Positions 33,488-43,745 of a stretch of 64,000 nt of DNA are shown here, piece after piece (the first letter of the stretch is position 1; each line of letters starts with the position of its first letter). The stretch is from an uncultured Pelagibacteraceae bacterium (lineage in GTDB: Bacteria > Pseudomonadota > Alphaproteobacteria > Pelagibacterales > Pelagibacteraceae). The position numbers and the translations under genes were made by a program. Location of the stretch: the NCBI GenBank assembly GCA_902582385.1, contig CACHRX010000001.1:24134-88133 (forward strand), read 5' to 3'. The notes beneath the pieces are model-generated. The model worked only from the letters and a program-made list of their open reading frames with translations. It made no database searches and was not told the origin of the DNA.

Positions 33488-34436
33488 ATTTAGCCTTTTG
33501 GATAACAGATTGATTTGCTTTGGGATATTGTTTTTCAACACCGTTAATCATTTTGCATCCTTGATCTTTTTCACCGATTTGTACCATTGATACGCCTAAT
33601 TTTAGTAAATTTATTGGAGCCTTTTCTCCTTGAGGATATTTTTGATATCCCTCTAAGTATGCTGATGCCGCATCAGTATAAAGCTGTCTTATTCTAAATG
33701 TTTCCGCGTACCAATACTGAGCGTTTCCTGCTAATTCATGCTCTGGATTTGTTAAAACAAATTCCCTAAACGCTCTTTCAGCTGTTGGATAATCACCAAC
33801 CTTTAAAAAACTTGTTGCAAATTCATATTGTTTTATTGGTTCTTCTATTGGTAATATTTTTTCCTCGGATTGAAAAGTTTCAGTTACAATCGAAGCAGTA
33901 GTTTCAATAGATTGGGTTTGTTGAGTAGTTTCGATTGTCTCACTATCTTTATATGATACCGATCCTAGATCTTGTGGTTCAGATGAACCTGGTAAGATGT
34001 TATTTTCATTATCAGTTTTCTTTTGTGTAATTTTCTTTATACCATCACCTGTGGTTAATCCTTGTTCAATATCTTGAAATCTAATCTGATTGTCAGCTTG
34101 TACTTTAGACAATCTATTGGATAACTTATCTAATTTGAAATTTATTTCCTCAAATCTATTTGTGAGTTGTTGAAATTGATTTTCAATCTCAGAAAGTTTC
34201 AGCAAATGTCTTGTTAGCACATCCTCTGAATTTACATCTAAATTTGATGTATTTAAATTATTATTGCCAATTTCAGTAGATCCTGAATAAACAGCTTTTT
34301 CTAAAGTTTTAATATCCTTTTGAATTAATTCTAATGTTTCATAAATATTATGGCTGTCCGCAAAAACACAGGTGGAAATAAACAAATAGATTAAAAAAAT
34401 TAATCTTTTTAAAAAAAGATTTATTAAGCGTTCCAT
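33450..34436 (-). CDS. cpoB: Tol-Pal-associated cell-division coordinator CpoB/YbgF
   Basis: Signal peptide, coiled coil, C-terminal TPR (NAQYWYAE, LLKLG); follows pal. Confidence 0.88.
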   Translation of the reverse strand: MERLINLFLKRLIFLIYLFISTCVFADSHNIYETLELIQKDIKTLEKAVYSGSTEIGNNNLNTSNLDVNSEDVLTRHLLKLSEIENQFQQLTNRFEEINFKLDKLSNRLSKVQADNQIRFQDIEQGLTTGDGIKKITQKKTDNENNILPGSSEPQDLGSVSYKDSETIETTQQTQSIETTASIVTETFQSEEKILPIEEPIKQYEFATSFLKVGDYPTAERAFREFVLTNPEHELAGNAQYWYAETFRIRQLYTDAASAYLEGYQKYPQGEKAPINLLKLGVSMVQIGEKDQGCKMINGVEKQYPKANQSVIQKAKYESQKFECKQNS

Positions 34437-34466
34437 AATTTACTTTATCTCTAAAATAATGGCAAA

Positions 34467-34505
34467 ATAAAGACCCCTTAAATATGATATTTAAGGGGTC
34501 TTTAT
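34467..34505 (-). terminator. Intrinsic terminator after pal
   Basis: Perfect 19-bp inverted repeat ATAAAGACCCCTTAAATAT-g-ATATTTAAGGGGTCTTTAT, followed by a T-rich tail on the minus strand. Confidence 0.85.
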
Positions 34506-34521
34506 AAAAATTAAAATTTAC

Positions 34522-35001
34522 TTAATTCGCTTTTACTGTAACAGATCTTCTATTTTTCGACCATGCAAGAGGGTTTGATCCAGAATCTACTGGACGCTCT
34601 TTACCGTAACTTAAAACAGAAATTCTGTCTGAAGATATTCCATACGTCATCAGATAATCTTTAGCTGCATTAGCTCTTCTTTCTCCTAGAGCTAAGTTAT
34701 ACTCTCTAGTGCCTCTTTCATCTGCATGACCTTCAAGCACAATTGTTACATCTGAATTTTTTCTTAACCAAGCAGCTTGTTTTCTCAAAGTTTCTCTTGA
34801 AGCTGTTGTTAAAACTGACTCGTTGGTTGCAAAGAATACTCTATCAGGTACACCTGAAGCTAAATATTCAACAGTATCTGTTCCTGTATAAACATCGCCT
34901 TGCATTTGACCTGTAGTAACTTTTTTTGTTGCACATGCACTTAACACAAAACAAGCTAAAACAACCAAAAACACATTTTTTAGAATTATGTTTAATTTCA
35001 T
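34522..35001 (-). CDS. pal: Peptidoglycan-associated lipoprotein
   Basis: Lipobox LSAC, EGHADERGTREYNLALGERRA, SYGKERP; SD AAGGAG. Confidence 0.97.
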   Translation of the reverse strand: MKLNIILKNVFLVVLACFVLSACATKKVTTGQMQGDVYTGTDTVEYLASGVPDRVFFATNESVLTTASRETLRKQAAWLRKNSDVTIVLEGHADERGTREYNLALGERRANAAKDYLMTYGISSDRISVLSYGKERPVDSGSNPLAWSKNRRSVTVKAN

Positions 35002-35085
35002 TATTGCTCCTTGATCAATATTTCAAATACTTATTTATTCACACCTAGTTAAATGTTTCAAGTTAAAAAATCAAGTAATTTGATA

Positions 35086-36438
35086 TTAATTACTTAATAA
35101 TGATGACCATGATGGGTCAGATCCATCTGTTGGTGTCCTAACCATACGTTCATTATAACCAGTAAGGTCAATTGACCATAATTTAGCCGAAAAACCTTTG
35201 CCTGCTGCATCTGTTTTAGTCTCTCTGTAAAATATTAAGACTCTTCCATTTGGTGACCAAGAGGGAGCTTCTTGATAAAAATTTTCTGTCAATAGCCTTT
35301 CGCCCTTTCCATCAGTTCTCATTACACCTATATAAAATTTTCCTTTATGTAATTTTGTAAATGCTATCAAATCACCTCTTGGTGACCAAACAGGGGTGCC
35401 GTAAATACCACTTCCAAAAGATATTCTTTTTACATTTGAGCCATCACTATTCATAACATAAATTTGTTGATAACCACTCCTATCAGAATTGAAACTAATA
35501 TACTTACCATCTGGTGAATAAGATGGAGAGGTGTCAATAGAAGGATGATTTGTGATTTTTTCTACAATTCTATTTTCTAAATCCATTGTATAAATTTCTG
35601 AGTTTCCATCTTTTGCAAAACTCATAATTATTTTTTTTCCATCAGGAGAAAATCTCGGTGCAAATGTCATTCCGGGAAAATCTCCCACAACCTCCTGCAT
35701 TCCTGTTTCAATATCTAATAGATAAACTCTCGGTAAATTTCTAAAATAAGATAGATAAGTAACCATCTGGCTAGTTGGATTAAATCTTGGAGTTAAAACT
35801 AGCTCATTACCTAAAGTTAAAAACTTATTGTTAGCACCATCCTGATCCATGATTGCTAATTTTTTTATTCTTTTTGTTTTAGGTCCTTCCTCAGACACAT
35901 AAATTATTCTGGTATCAAAATAACCTTTTTCACCAGTAAGTCTCTCGTAAACTTTATCTGAAATTATATGGCCTACTCTTCTCCAATTATTAGGGACAGT
36001 AGTAAATGCAAGAGCCATCATCTCTTTTCCAGCTAAGACATCCCATAGCCTAAATTCAACTCTTAATTTTTCGTCAATAAAATTTACTTTTCCTGTAATT
36101 AAAGCCTGAGCTTTAATTAAATTCCAATCTTCAAATCTAGGTTTTAAATTAGCTATATCCGGTGCTTGAAGGAAAGCATCTTTATTTAAAGGATTAAATA
36201 AACCAGATGTTCTCAAGTTATTTTCAACAATTAAAGAAATTTCGTCTCCAATATTCTGTTTGTTTAAAATTTTTTCAAAACTTTTTTTTGATTTTTCATC
36301 TATAGAGAGAGGTGAAACTGCTAAGGGTAAAGGATTTAAATTACCTCTTGTTATATCTACCTCAATTAATCCATAAGATTTGATAGGAAATAAAATTATT
36401 ATAAAATACGATATAAAAAAAAATTTAATTCTCTTCAT
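35086..36438 (-). CDS. tolB: Tol-Pal beta-propeller protein
   Basis: PD40 repeats (PRFSPDG, PSYSPDG, PVWSPRG), FDTRIIYV. Confidence 0.96.
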   Translation of the reverse strand: MKRIKFFFISYFIIILFPIKSYGLIEVDITRGNLNPLPLAVSPLSIDEKSKKSFEKILNKQNIGDEISLIVENNLRTSGLFNPLNKDAFLQAPDIANLKPRFEDWNLIKAQALITGKVNFIDEKLRVEFRLWDVLAGKEMMALAFTTVPNNWRRVGHIISDKVYERLTGEKGYFDTRIIYVSEEGPKTKRIKKLAIMDQDGANNKFLTLGNELVLTPRFNPTSQMVTYLSYFRNLPRVYLLDIETGMQEVVGDFPGMTFAPRFSPDGKKIIMSFAKDGNSEIYTMDLENRIVEKITNHPSIDTSPSYSPDGKYISFNSDRSGYQQIYVMNSDGSNVKRISFGSGIYGTPVWSPRGDLIAFTKLHKGKFYIGVMRTDGKGERLLTENFYQEAPSWSPNGRVLIFYRETKTDAAGKGFSAKLWSIDLTGYNERMVRTPTDGSDPSWSSLLSN

Positions 36439-36441
36439 TTA

Positions 36442-37251
36442 TTACCCTTCTAACATTTCTCTCGCATCAAAGTTCAATTGTAACTCTTTCCATCTCTCAT
36501 ATCCAGTACTTGGTACTCTTAAAGGTTGACATAGTTTGACAGCTCTTAAAGCACTTTCTGCTAAAACCTTATAAAATCCCTGACCAGGTTTATTCATTCT
36601 TGCATGATCTATAATCTCTGATTTTACGACTGATCCATCTGGCTTTAACTCAAGTTTAATTCTTACTAATAAATTCTCATTATAAGGTAAACCTAAAGGT
36701 ATACTCCAACAACCAAATATTTGGGCTTTCAAGGCATCCTCCTCACTTAATGACAATCCAGTATTTTCAAAATTCTTTACCTGATCCTGTGTAACCTTAT
36801 CTCTCTTATTTATAACTTCAGCACTTTCCTCTTTAGATTTATCAATTAATGCAGCAATATTATTAGGATCGAAAAGTTCTTTTTTTTCGAATTCAGAAAC
36901 TTGTTTTATCTCATTATCTATTTTTTCTGGATTTTGCTTATCTTCTTTTATTTTTTCTAATTTTTCGACTTTATCTTCTGGCATAGGCACTGAATCAGGC
37001 TTTATTTTTTTTACTTTTTTTGGAGGTGCTTGCTCAGAAACTAATTTTTTTTCTTTTTCTTTTATTTTTTCAATGATTTTTTTTGCTTTAGGTGCATATG
37101 GTATATTGGTTTTTTCTGTAATCTGTATCAATTCAACTGAAACAATTGGAGGTAAGTCTATAGGTTTTTTTGATAAAAAAGGTAAGCTCATTGCAGTTAT
37201 AAAAATTATAAGTAAATGTAAAAAAGAAGATGCGATTAAACTTCTATTCAC
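36442..37251 (-). CDS. tolA: TolA
   Basis: TM with S..LH motif, K/E/P-rich linker, C-terminal CW...AESALRAV..C domain. Confidence 0.85.
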   Translation of the reverse strand: MNRSLIASSFLHLLIIFITAMSLPFLSKKPIDLPPIVSVELIQITEKTNIPYAPKAKKIIEKIKEKEKKLVSEQAPPKKVKKIKPDSVPMPEDKVEKLEKIKEDKQNPEKIDNEIKQVSEFEKKELFDPNNIAALIDKSKEESAEVINKRDKVTQDQVKNFENTGLSLSEEDALKAQIFGCWSIPLGLPYNENLLVRIKLELKPDGSVVKSEIIDHARMNKPGQGFYKVLAESALRAVKLCQPLRVPSTGYERWKELQLNFDAREMLEG

Positions 37252-37258
37252 TTTGAAA

Positions 37259-37675
37259 CTACCTTTCTTTATAGGGTTCAGAAATTAAAGCAACTTTAGT
37301 AAAGCCAGAGCCTGAAAGTAATCCCATAATTTCAAGCACTCTTCCGTAATTTATTGTTTTATCTCCCCTTACATAAATCCGGGTATCAGTTCTATTTTTT
37401 GAAACTGCTAAAACTTTTGCAATAATTTTATCATATTCTACTTTAGATTCCTGAATAAAGATTTCTCCTTTAGAGTTTATTGATAAAGTTAAAGGCTCTT
37501 GCTCTTCAGGTAAAGAATCTGCCGAACTTTCAGGTAAATCAACTTGCACTCCTACTGTTAATAAAGGTGCTGTTACCATAAACACAATTAATAAAACCAA
37601 CATCACGTCTACAAAAGGTGTAACGTTAATTTCGCTCATTGGTTCTTTTCCTGAGCGATTTAATTTAAATGCCAT
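37259..37675 (-). CDS. tolR: TolR
   Basis: EINVTPFVDVMLVLLIVFMVTAP, RGDK..NYG. Confidence 0.94.
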   Translation of the reverse strand: MAFKLNRSGKEPMSEINVTPFVDVMLVLLIVFMVTAPLLTVGVQVDLPESSADSLPEEQEPLTLSINSKGEIFIQESKVEYDKIIAKVLAVSKNRTDTRIYVRGDKTINYGRVLEIMGLLSGSGFTKVALISEPYKER

Positions 37676-37682
37676 TAACTTA

Positions 37683-38357
37683 TTAAATTATTGATAAAAA
37701 TCTTTTTGAAAAACTCTCTAATTTTTGTGAGTACTTTCTAGAGTCATTGTTAAATCTATTATAAAAAACCACTGCCGGGATTGCTGCTAGAAGTCCCAAG
37801 GCAGTAGCAAATAATGCTTCTGCAATTCCTGGTGCAACTATAGCTAAACTAGTATTTCTTGAAATTGCAATTGATTGAAATGAGTTCATAATCCCCCAGA
37901 CAGTTCCAAACAGTCCAACAAACGGAGCTGTAGAACCTACGGTGGCTAAAAAATTGAAGCCTTTTTCTATCTTCGACATCTGTTTTTCAATACCTACTTC
38001 TAACATTCCACTCATTCTTTCTACTAAGTTACTTTTAGATTTTGATTTTAATAAACCCTGCATTGATTCTTTAAATAAGGAAGCCATAGGGTCATCAATA
38101 TTTGAGGGTAAGTTATTATAAAAGCTTTCTGCAGATTTAGATCTCCAAAATTTTTCTTCAAACTCTTCTGATGAGGAATTTATTTTTTTAAATAACTTAA
38201 ATTTTTCAATTATAACTGCCCAAGAATAGACTGAACAAGCTATAAGTATAACTATAACTGATTTTACAATTATGTCGGCACGTAAAAATAAATTTACTAT
38301 AGAAAAATCTGCACTAGAGGCTAAGCCTACTGCTTGAGAAGAAATATCAGCTTCCAT
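37683..38357 (-). CDS. tolQ: TolQ
   Basis: APFVGLFGTVWGIM, APGIAEALFATALGL. Confidence 0.95.
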   Translation of the reverse strand: MEADISSQAVGLASSADFSIVNLFLRADIIVKSVIVILIACSVYSWAVIIEKFKLFKKINSSSEEFEEKFWRSKSAESFYNNLPSNIDDPMASLFKESMQGLLKSKSKSNLVERMSGMLEVGIEKQMSKIEKGFNFLATVGSTAPFVGLFGTVWGIMNSFQSIAISRNTSLAIVAPGIAEALFATALGLLAAIPAVVFYNRFNNDSRKYSQKLESFSKRFLSII

Positions 38358-38410
38358 ATAAATATCTTTTCACATTCAATTGTGTCATCAATTTGTCTTG
38401 AAAAATTTAC

Positions 38411-38905
38411 TTATTCATTTTCTCTGAAAGTTTCGTAAAAAAAACTTGCTATAAGAATTGCATCTGCTTTATTTGAGTCCTTTTTTTTTGACAAATTTGA
38501 TGAAAAATATGGAAAAATTTCAATAGCTTTTGTTCTGCTTGCATCTTTTTTAGAGTTAATTAAATTAAAATACTTTTTCCATTTTGCGGGTCTAACAAAA
38601 TACATGGGTAACTGCATAGCTGAGCATATCCCCTTCAAAATACCAAAAGATTGGCCAAAATTAAACATACTAGTCACACCTTGACCTGGCATTGCGGAAA
38701 CTTGCTCTATTATTATTTTAATATCTTTCTTATCCATGTTATCGATTCTTTTTGAAACTTCATTGAAAATTTGTGCTCCATTAACTTGTCTTTTGTTTTT
38801 TTTTCCCTCAGTCATAGTTGGCATTTCAATAACATCTATAATTTTTCCATCCTGAAAAAAACATATTGATCCAGATATGCCAGGGTCTATTCCAATTATA
38901 AGCAT
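38411..38905 (-). CDS. RuvC-fold Holliday junction resolvase, phage/MOC1-like subtype
   Basis: GIDPG, IIIEQV, MPGQGVTSMFNFG, PAKWKK, KADAILIA; occupies the ruvC position after yebC. Confidence 0.8.
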   Translation of the reverse strand: MLIIGIDPGISGSICFFQDGKIIDVIEMPTMTEGKKNKRQVNGAQIFNEVSKRIDNMDKKDIKIIIEQVSAMPGQGVTSMFNFGQSFGILKGICSAMQLPMYFVRPAKWKKYFNLINSKKDASRTKAIEIFPYFSSNLSKKKDSNKADAILIASFFYETFRENE

Positions 38906-39630
38906 TAGGTAATATTTAATTTTGCGTTGGAAAAAACATTTTGAACATCATCATTTTCTTCTAATGTTTCAAAAAAATTGATTAAATTTTCTTCGTTATC
39001 TTTTGATATTTGTACACTATTAATTGGAACCCATTCAATTTCAGTTGAAATAAAGTTGTCTATTTTTCTTTCTAAATTCTTTTTTACATTATAGATGTCA
39101 TTCACATCACATTGAATTTCATAAAAATCCTTATCTAATATACATTCATTAGCTCCAGACTCAATTGCAAGTTCAAAGATCTCTTCATTTGAAATTTCTT
39201 TTTTATCTATTTTTATAATTCCCATCTTATCAAAATTGTGAGAAGCTGAACCCTGGGTACCCAAACTTCCACCCGCTTTTTGAAAAATTGTCCTAATATT
39301 TGAGGCAGTCCTATTCTTGTTATCAGTCAAAGCCTCAACAATAACCGCAACTTTTTCTGGTCCAAATCCTTCATATCTTAAATTTTCAAAATTTGACTCA
39401 GTGTTTATTGAGGATTTGTCTATTGCTCTCTCAATATTATCTTTTGGCATATTTGCAGATCTAGCAGCTTGTACTGCGGCTCTTAATCTCGGATTCATCT
39501 CTGGATCTTTATCTCCAAGTTTTGCTGCTACTGTAATTTCTTTTGAAAGTTTTGAAAATATCTTAGAGCGTAATTTATCTGCTTTTCCTTTTTTGTGCTT
39601 TATCCCAGCCCAATGCGAATGTCCTGCCAT
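38905..39630 (-). CDS. yebC: YebC/PmpR family protein
   Basis: MAGHSHWAGIKHKK, NPRLR, YEGFGP, TDNKNRT, DDVQNV. Confidence 0.95.
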   Translation of the reverse strand: MAGHSHWAGIKHKKGKADKLRSKIFSKLSKEITVAAKLGDKDPEMNPRLRAAVQAARSANMPKDNIERAIDKSSINTESNFENLRYEGFGPEKVAVIVEALTDNKNRTASNIRTIFQKAGGSLGTQGSASHNFDKMGIIKIDKKEISNEEIFELAIESGANECILDKDFYEIQCDVNDIYNVKKNLERKIDNFISTEIEWVPINSVQISKDNEENLINFFETLEENDDVQNVFSNAKLNIT

Positions 39631-39633
39631 AAC

Positions 39634-40440
39634 TTATAAAGTGTTCTTTAATTTTCCTCCAAAAATATAACTTTCGATATTTTTGGCTAATCCAGTTTTT
39701 ATATCACAATCAACAATAACTCCACTTAAAGTAGCCTCGCCTATCGCTGGAAAATGTTTATTAGAGTCTTCTTTTAAAAATCTATTTATAGAATTTTCTT
39801 TATTCATTCCAATTACTGAGTCATAGTCTCCACACATGCCAGCATCAGTTTGATAAGCAGTCCCATTTTTTAAAATTCTTGCATCATTAGTAGGAATGTG
39901 AGTGTGAGTTCCAATTACAAGTGTAGCATTTCCATCAAAATAATGTCCAATAGCATTTTTCTCACTTGTTATCTCACCATGAAAGTCGACTACTAGTAGG
40001 TCATAATCTTTTTTTAATTCATTATTTTTCAAAAATTTTTTAGAAATTTGGAAAACATCTTCACATTTTTTCATAAAAACATTACCCATTAAATTTAAAA
40101 CACCAACTTTAATATTTTCATTAGTCTTATAAATTTTAAATCCATTACCTGGTGCAGGTTCGTAAAGATTATAGGGTCTTAAAAGTCTAGATTCTTTATC
40201 AATATAGCTCATAATTTCTTTCTGATCCCAGACATGATTTCCAGTGGTTATAACGTTCACTCCACTATTAAAAAAATCATTACAAGTTTCTTCTGTTAAA
40301 CCAACTCCCTGTTTAGCTGAGTTTTCTCCATTAATAATAACAAAATTAATATTATTTTTTTTAATTTCTGTTCTAAGATTATTAAAAATTTTTGAACATC
40401 CTGAATTTCCAACAACGTCGCCTAAAAATAATATTCTCAT
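39634..40440 (-). CDS. YmdB/TIGR00282 metallophosphoesterase
   Basis: GDVVG, NGEN, GNH, DFHGE.TSEK, GTHTH, TDAGMCG. Confidence 0.93.
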   Translation of the reverse strand: MRILFLGDVVGNSGCSKIFNNLRTEIKKNNINFVIINGENSAKQGVGLTEETCNDFFNSGVNVITTGNHVWDQKEIMSYIDKESRLLRPYNLYEPAPGNGFKIYKTNENIKVGVLNLMGNVFMKKCEDVFQISKKFLKNNELKKDYDLLVVDFHGEITSEKNAIGHYFDGNATLVIGTHTHIPTNDARILKNGTAYQTDAGMCGDYDSVIGMNKENSINRFLKEDSNKHFPAIGEATLSGVIVDCDIKTGLAKNIESYIFGGKLKNTL

Positions 40441-40983
40441 TTAAAAAAAGTGTTTATCTGTCATAACATAGTCAAGTCTAATATCATGTTTTTTTGTTGG
40501 TATTTTTTTTACTTTTTGAAAAGAGAAACCGATACCAACTGTTATAATCTTTTTAATTTTTAAAACTTTTGATAAATATCTATCATAATAGCCTCCTCCA
40601 TACCCAAGTCTATTTAGTTCATCATCAAATGCTAAAAGTGGTATTAATAATATGTCTGGATAAATAATTTTTTTTGAGGTTGGTTCTGGAATACCATAGT
40701 TGTTTATTGATAGAGGATCTTTTAAAGACCATTCAAAAAAATTCATTTGATTATTATTACTAATTTTAGGAATTGAAATTTTATAATTCTTTTTTTCTAA
40801 ATTTCTTAAAATATCAATGATATCCATCTCATAATTGTATGGGTAATAACCTCCAATAATTTTATTCTTAATTTTTTTTTGTTTTAAAATTTTAAGAAAA
40901 TTATTATTGTCAATAGATAAATTTTTGGAAAAATTCTTTTTTCTTAATTTAATGATTTTTTTTCTAATTTGAGATTTATTCAC
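40441..40983 (-). CDS. ygfA: 5-formyltetrahydrofolate cyclo-ligase
   Basis: GIPEP, RLGYGGGYYDR, HD; GTG start. Confidence 0.93.
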   Translation of the reverse strand: MNKSQIRKKIIKLRKKNFSKNLSIDNNNFLKILKQKKIKNKIIGGYYPYNYEMDIIDILRNLEKKNYKISIPKISNNNQMNFFEWSLKDPLSINNYGIPEPTSKKIIYPDILLIPLLAFDDELNRLGYGGGYYDRYLSKVLKIKKIITVGIGFSFQKVKKIPTKKHDIRLDYVMTDKHFF

Positions 40984-40992
40984 TAGAATATT

Positions 40993-41436
40993 TCAGGACA
41001 AATTTTCTAGATTTGCTTTATCAACAAAAGTAGAAATTTCATCTGCTGCCTGGTCAATTAATTTTTCAAAATTTTTTTGATTCAATTCAATTTCTGATTT
41101 TAATTTTGAATGTTTTTTTTTTAATTCATCAATCTCAAACTCTTTCTTATCCTTGTAATCATAAATTAATGATTTTAATTCTTTAAATTTGTTAGATAAA
41201 TCCCTTAACTCAATTTTTTTTTGTTCAACTTTTTTTTTTGTTTCATAATATTCGTCCATTACTTTTACTGCAGTAATTAGTAAAAGCTTGTTTTCACCTA
41301 AATTTCCAAGATTGTTTTTTTGCTCGTTAAATTTCTTATTTATTTGAATAAGCAATTCTTCTAGATGCTCTTCCTGTCCATCTTCACAAGATAACAAAAA
41401 TTCTTTACCATTAAATTTAATACTTACGTTTGCCAT
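40993..41436 (-). CDS. zapA: Cell division protein ZapA with extended coiled coil
   Basis: V.I..NG...L.CEDGQEEHL, LGENKLLLITA. Confidence 0.85.
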   Translation of the reverse strand: MANVSIKFNGKEFLLSCEDGQEEHLEELLIQINKKFNEQKNNLGNLGENKLLLITAVKVMDEYYETKKKVEQKKIELRDLSNKFKELKSLIYDYKDKKEFEIDELKKKHSKLKSEIELNQKNFEKLIDQAADEISTFVDKANLENLS

Positions 41437-41747
41437 TTATCAATCTCCTCTATCAGAGTATCTGTTTCCTGATTTAATTCATCAATTTTTTCTGAAAATT
41501 CGATTTGTTTTTTTTGATCAATTTTTTCTTTATCTTTCATTTCTTCTAATTTTCTGGATAAATTATTATAATCCTCCTGCAATATTTTATAGTTATCCTC
41601 AAGATCTTGTTTTTCAATTTCTAATTGATTTTTTTTTGAATTTAAATCCTCAATGTTATTTTGTAATTCTGGGTTTTTTAAGTTTAAATTTTTTAATTTT
41701 GTAAGTGCTAAATTTAATTTTTTTTCTTTTTCGTTAACAGAATTCAT
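41424..41747 (-). CDS. Coiled-coil protein upstream of zapA (ZauP/DUF4164-like by position)
   Basis: Heptad-rich E/K/L sequence; overlaps the zapA start; divergent from tkt. Confidence 0.55.
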   Translation of the reverse strand: MNSVNEKEKKLNLALTKLKNLNLKNPELQNNIEDLNSKKNQLEIEKQDLEDNYKILQEDYNNLSRKLEEMKDKEKIDQKKQIEFSEKIDELNQETDTLIEEIDKWQT

Positions 41748-41801
41748 ATATATATAATTATATTATTAAATAGATTCTTCTTAGTCTAGACAGGATAATT
41801 T

Positions 41802-43745
41802 TTGAGCAAACTATATAAAGAATTAGCTAATTGTATAAGATTTTTGTCCATAGATGCTGTTCAAAGAGCTAATTCAGGACATCCCGGAATGCCTATGGGT
41901 ATGGCAGATGTAGCAACAGTTCTTTTTAAAGATTTTTTAAATTTTAATCCAAAAAATCCAAGCTGGATAAATAGAGATAGGCTTGTTCTATCAGCAGGTC
42001 ATGGATCGATGTTGCTTTATTCTTTGTTATATTTAACTGGTTATAAAAGTGTTTCATTAAAAGATATCAAAAATTTTAGACAACTAGATTCTATTTGTGC
42101 TGGTCATCCTGAATATCATCCAAATACTGGAATTGAGACTACTACTGGTCCTCTGGGACAAGGAATATCTAATGCAGTTGGATTTGCGATATCAGAGGAA
42201 ATTTTAAAAGAAAAAATTGGAAAACAAAAAATAAATCATAAAACTTATGTTATTGCAGGAGATGGTTGTTTAATGGAAGGTATAAGTCATGAAGCACTAA
42301 GTATTGCAGGGCATTTAAAATTAAAGAATCTTGTTTTGCTATTTGATAATAATTCTATCTCAATAGATGGTCCAACTAGTTTGGCAGTCTCAGATAATCA
42401 TGAAAAAAGATTAAAAAGTTATGGTTGGGATTATTTAAAAATAAATGGTCATAATTTTAAAGAAATATTTAAAGCTTTAAAAAAAGCTCAAAAATCTAAA
42501 AAACCAATAGCTATTTCTTGTAAGACAACAATTGGTTATGGATCACCAAATAAAAGTGGTAAAGCTTCTTCTCATGGTAGTCCTTTAGGTGAAGAAGAAA
42601 TAAAATTAGTAAGAAAAAGGTTAAGATGGAAGTACCTACCTTTCCAAATTCCAAAGAATTTACTAAATAACTGGAAAAAGATTGGAGAAAAAGCCGGTAA
42701 TAAAGCTAAAAAACATGAAAATAGATATAAAAAAATTATCTCTTATAAAAAAAAATTAAAATTACCAAATAATTCTATAGGAAAAATTAAAAATGATTAT
42801 TTAAAAAATTTGAAACCTATTGCAACTCGTAAATCTTCCGAAATGTTTTTAAATGTTATATCTCAATTACCAAACCTTATAGGTGGCTCAGCTGACTTGG
42901 CTGGTTCTAATAATACAAAAACTAAAAATCACAAAATTATAAAGCCAGGAAATTTTTCTGGAAATTATATACACTATGGAGTTAGAGAGCATGCAATGTG
43001 TGGAATAATGAATGGTATTTCACTGCATAGTAATTTAATACCTTATGGTGGTACTTTTTTGATATTCAGTGATTATTGTAAACCATCAATCCGCCTAGCA
43101 GCTATGATGAAACAAAGAGTTATTTATGTTTTTACTCATGACTCAATTGGTCTTGGAGAAGATGGTCCTACACACCAGCCAATTGAACAATTAACAAGCT
43201 TAAGATCAATTCCAAATTTGAATGTATTTAGGCCAGCAGATTTAATTGAGACATTCGAATGTTGGGAGTTAGCTATTAAAAATAAAAACTCTCCAAGTGT
43301 AATAGCTTTAACAAGACAAGGAGTTAATCCTGTAAGACTAAAAAATTCCTCAAAAAACAGATCCTCTTCTGGGGCGTATGAAATTTTAAGAACGAATAAT
43401 AAAATTCAATTAACAATTATATCTTCTGGTTCTGAAACAAGTTTAGCATGTGATATTTGTCATAAATTAGCCACAGAGAGCATTTATTCCAAAGTAATAT
43501 CTATGCCTTGTCAGGAACTATTTGACCGTCAAAGCGAAAATTATAAAAACAAAATTTTAACTGAAACTAAGCTAGTAATATCAATAGAAGCTTCCGAAAC
43601 GGATTATTGGAAAAAATACACTGGAATTAATGGATTAAATTTTGGGATTAATGATTTTGGAAAAAGTGCACCATATAAAGATATTTTTAATCACTTTGAT
43701 CTTAGTGCGGAAAGTATAATAAAGAAAATTAAAAAAAAATTATGA
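41802..43745 (+). CDS. tkt: Transketolase
   Basis: SGHPGMPMG, GPLGQG, GDGCLMEG, YGVREH, GEDGPTHQP; TTG start with AGGA upstream. Confidence 0.97.
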   Translation: MSKLYKELANCIRFLSIDAVQRANSGHPGMPMGMADVATVLFKDFLNFNPKNPSWINRDRLVLSAGHGSMLLYSLLYLTGYKSVSLKDIKNFRQLDSICAGHPEYHPNTGIETTTGPLGQGISNAVGFAISEEILKEKIGKQKINHKTYVIAGDGCLMEGISHEALSIAGHLKLKNLVLLFDNNSISIDGPTSLAVSDNHEKRLKSYGWDYLKINGHNFKEIFKALKKAQKSKKPIAISCKTTIGYGSPNKSGKASSHGSPLGEEEIKLVRKRLRWKYLPFQIPKNLLNNWKKIGEKAGNKAKKHENRYKKIISYKKKLKLPNNSIGKIKNDYLKNLKPIATRKSSEMFLNVISQLPNLIGGSADLAGSNNTKTKNHKIIKPGNFSGNYIHYGVREHAMCGIMNGISLHSNLIPYGGTFLIFSDYCKPSIRLAAMMKQRVIYVFTHDSIGLGEDGPTHQPIEQLTSLRSIPNLNVFRPADLIETFECWELAIKNKNSPSVIALTRQGVNPVRLKNSSKNRSSSGAYEILRTNNKIQLTIISSGSETSLACDICHKLATESIYSKVISMPCQELFDRQSENYKNKILTETKLVISIEASETDYWKKYTGINGLNFGINDFGKSAPYKDIFNHFDLSAESIIKKIKKKL

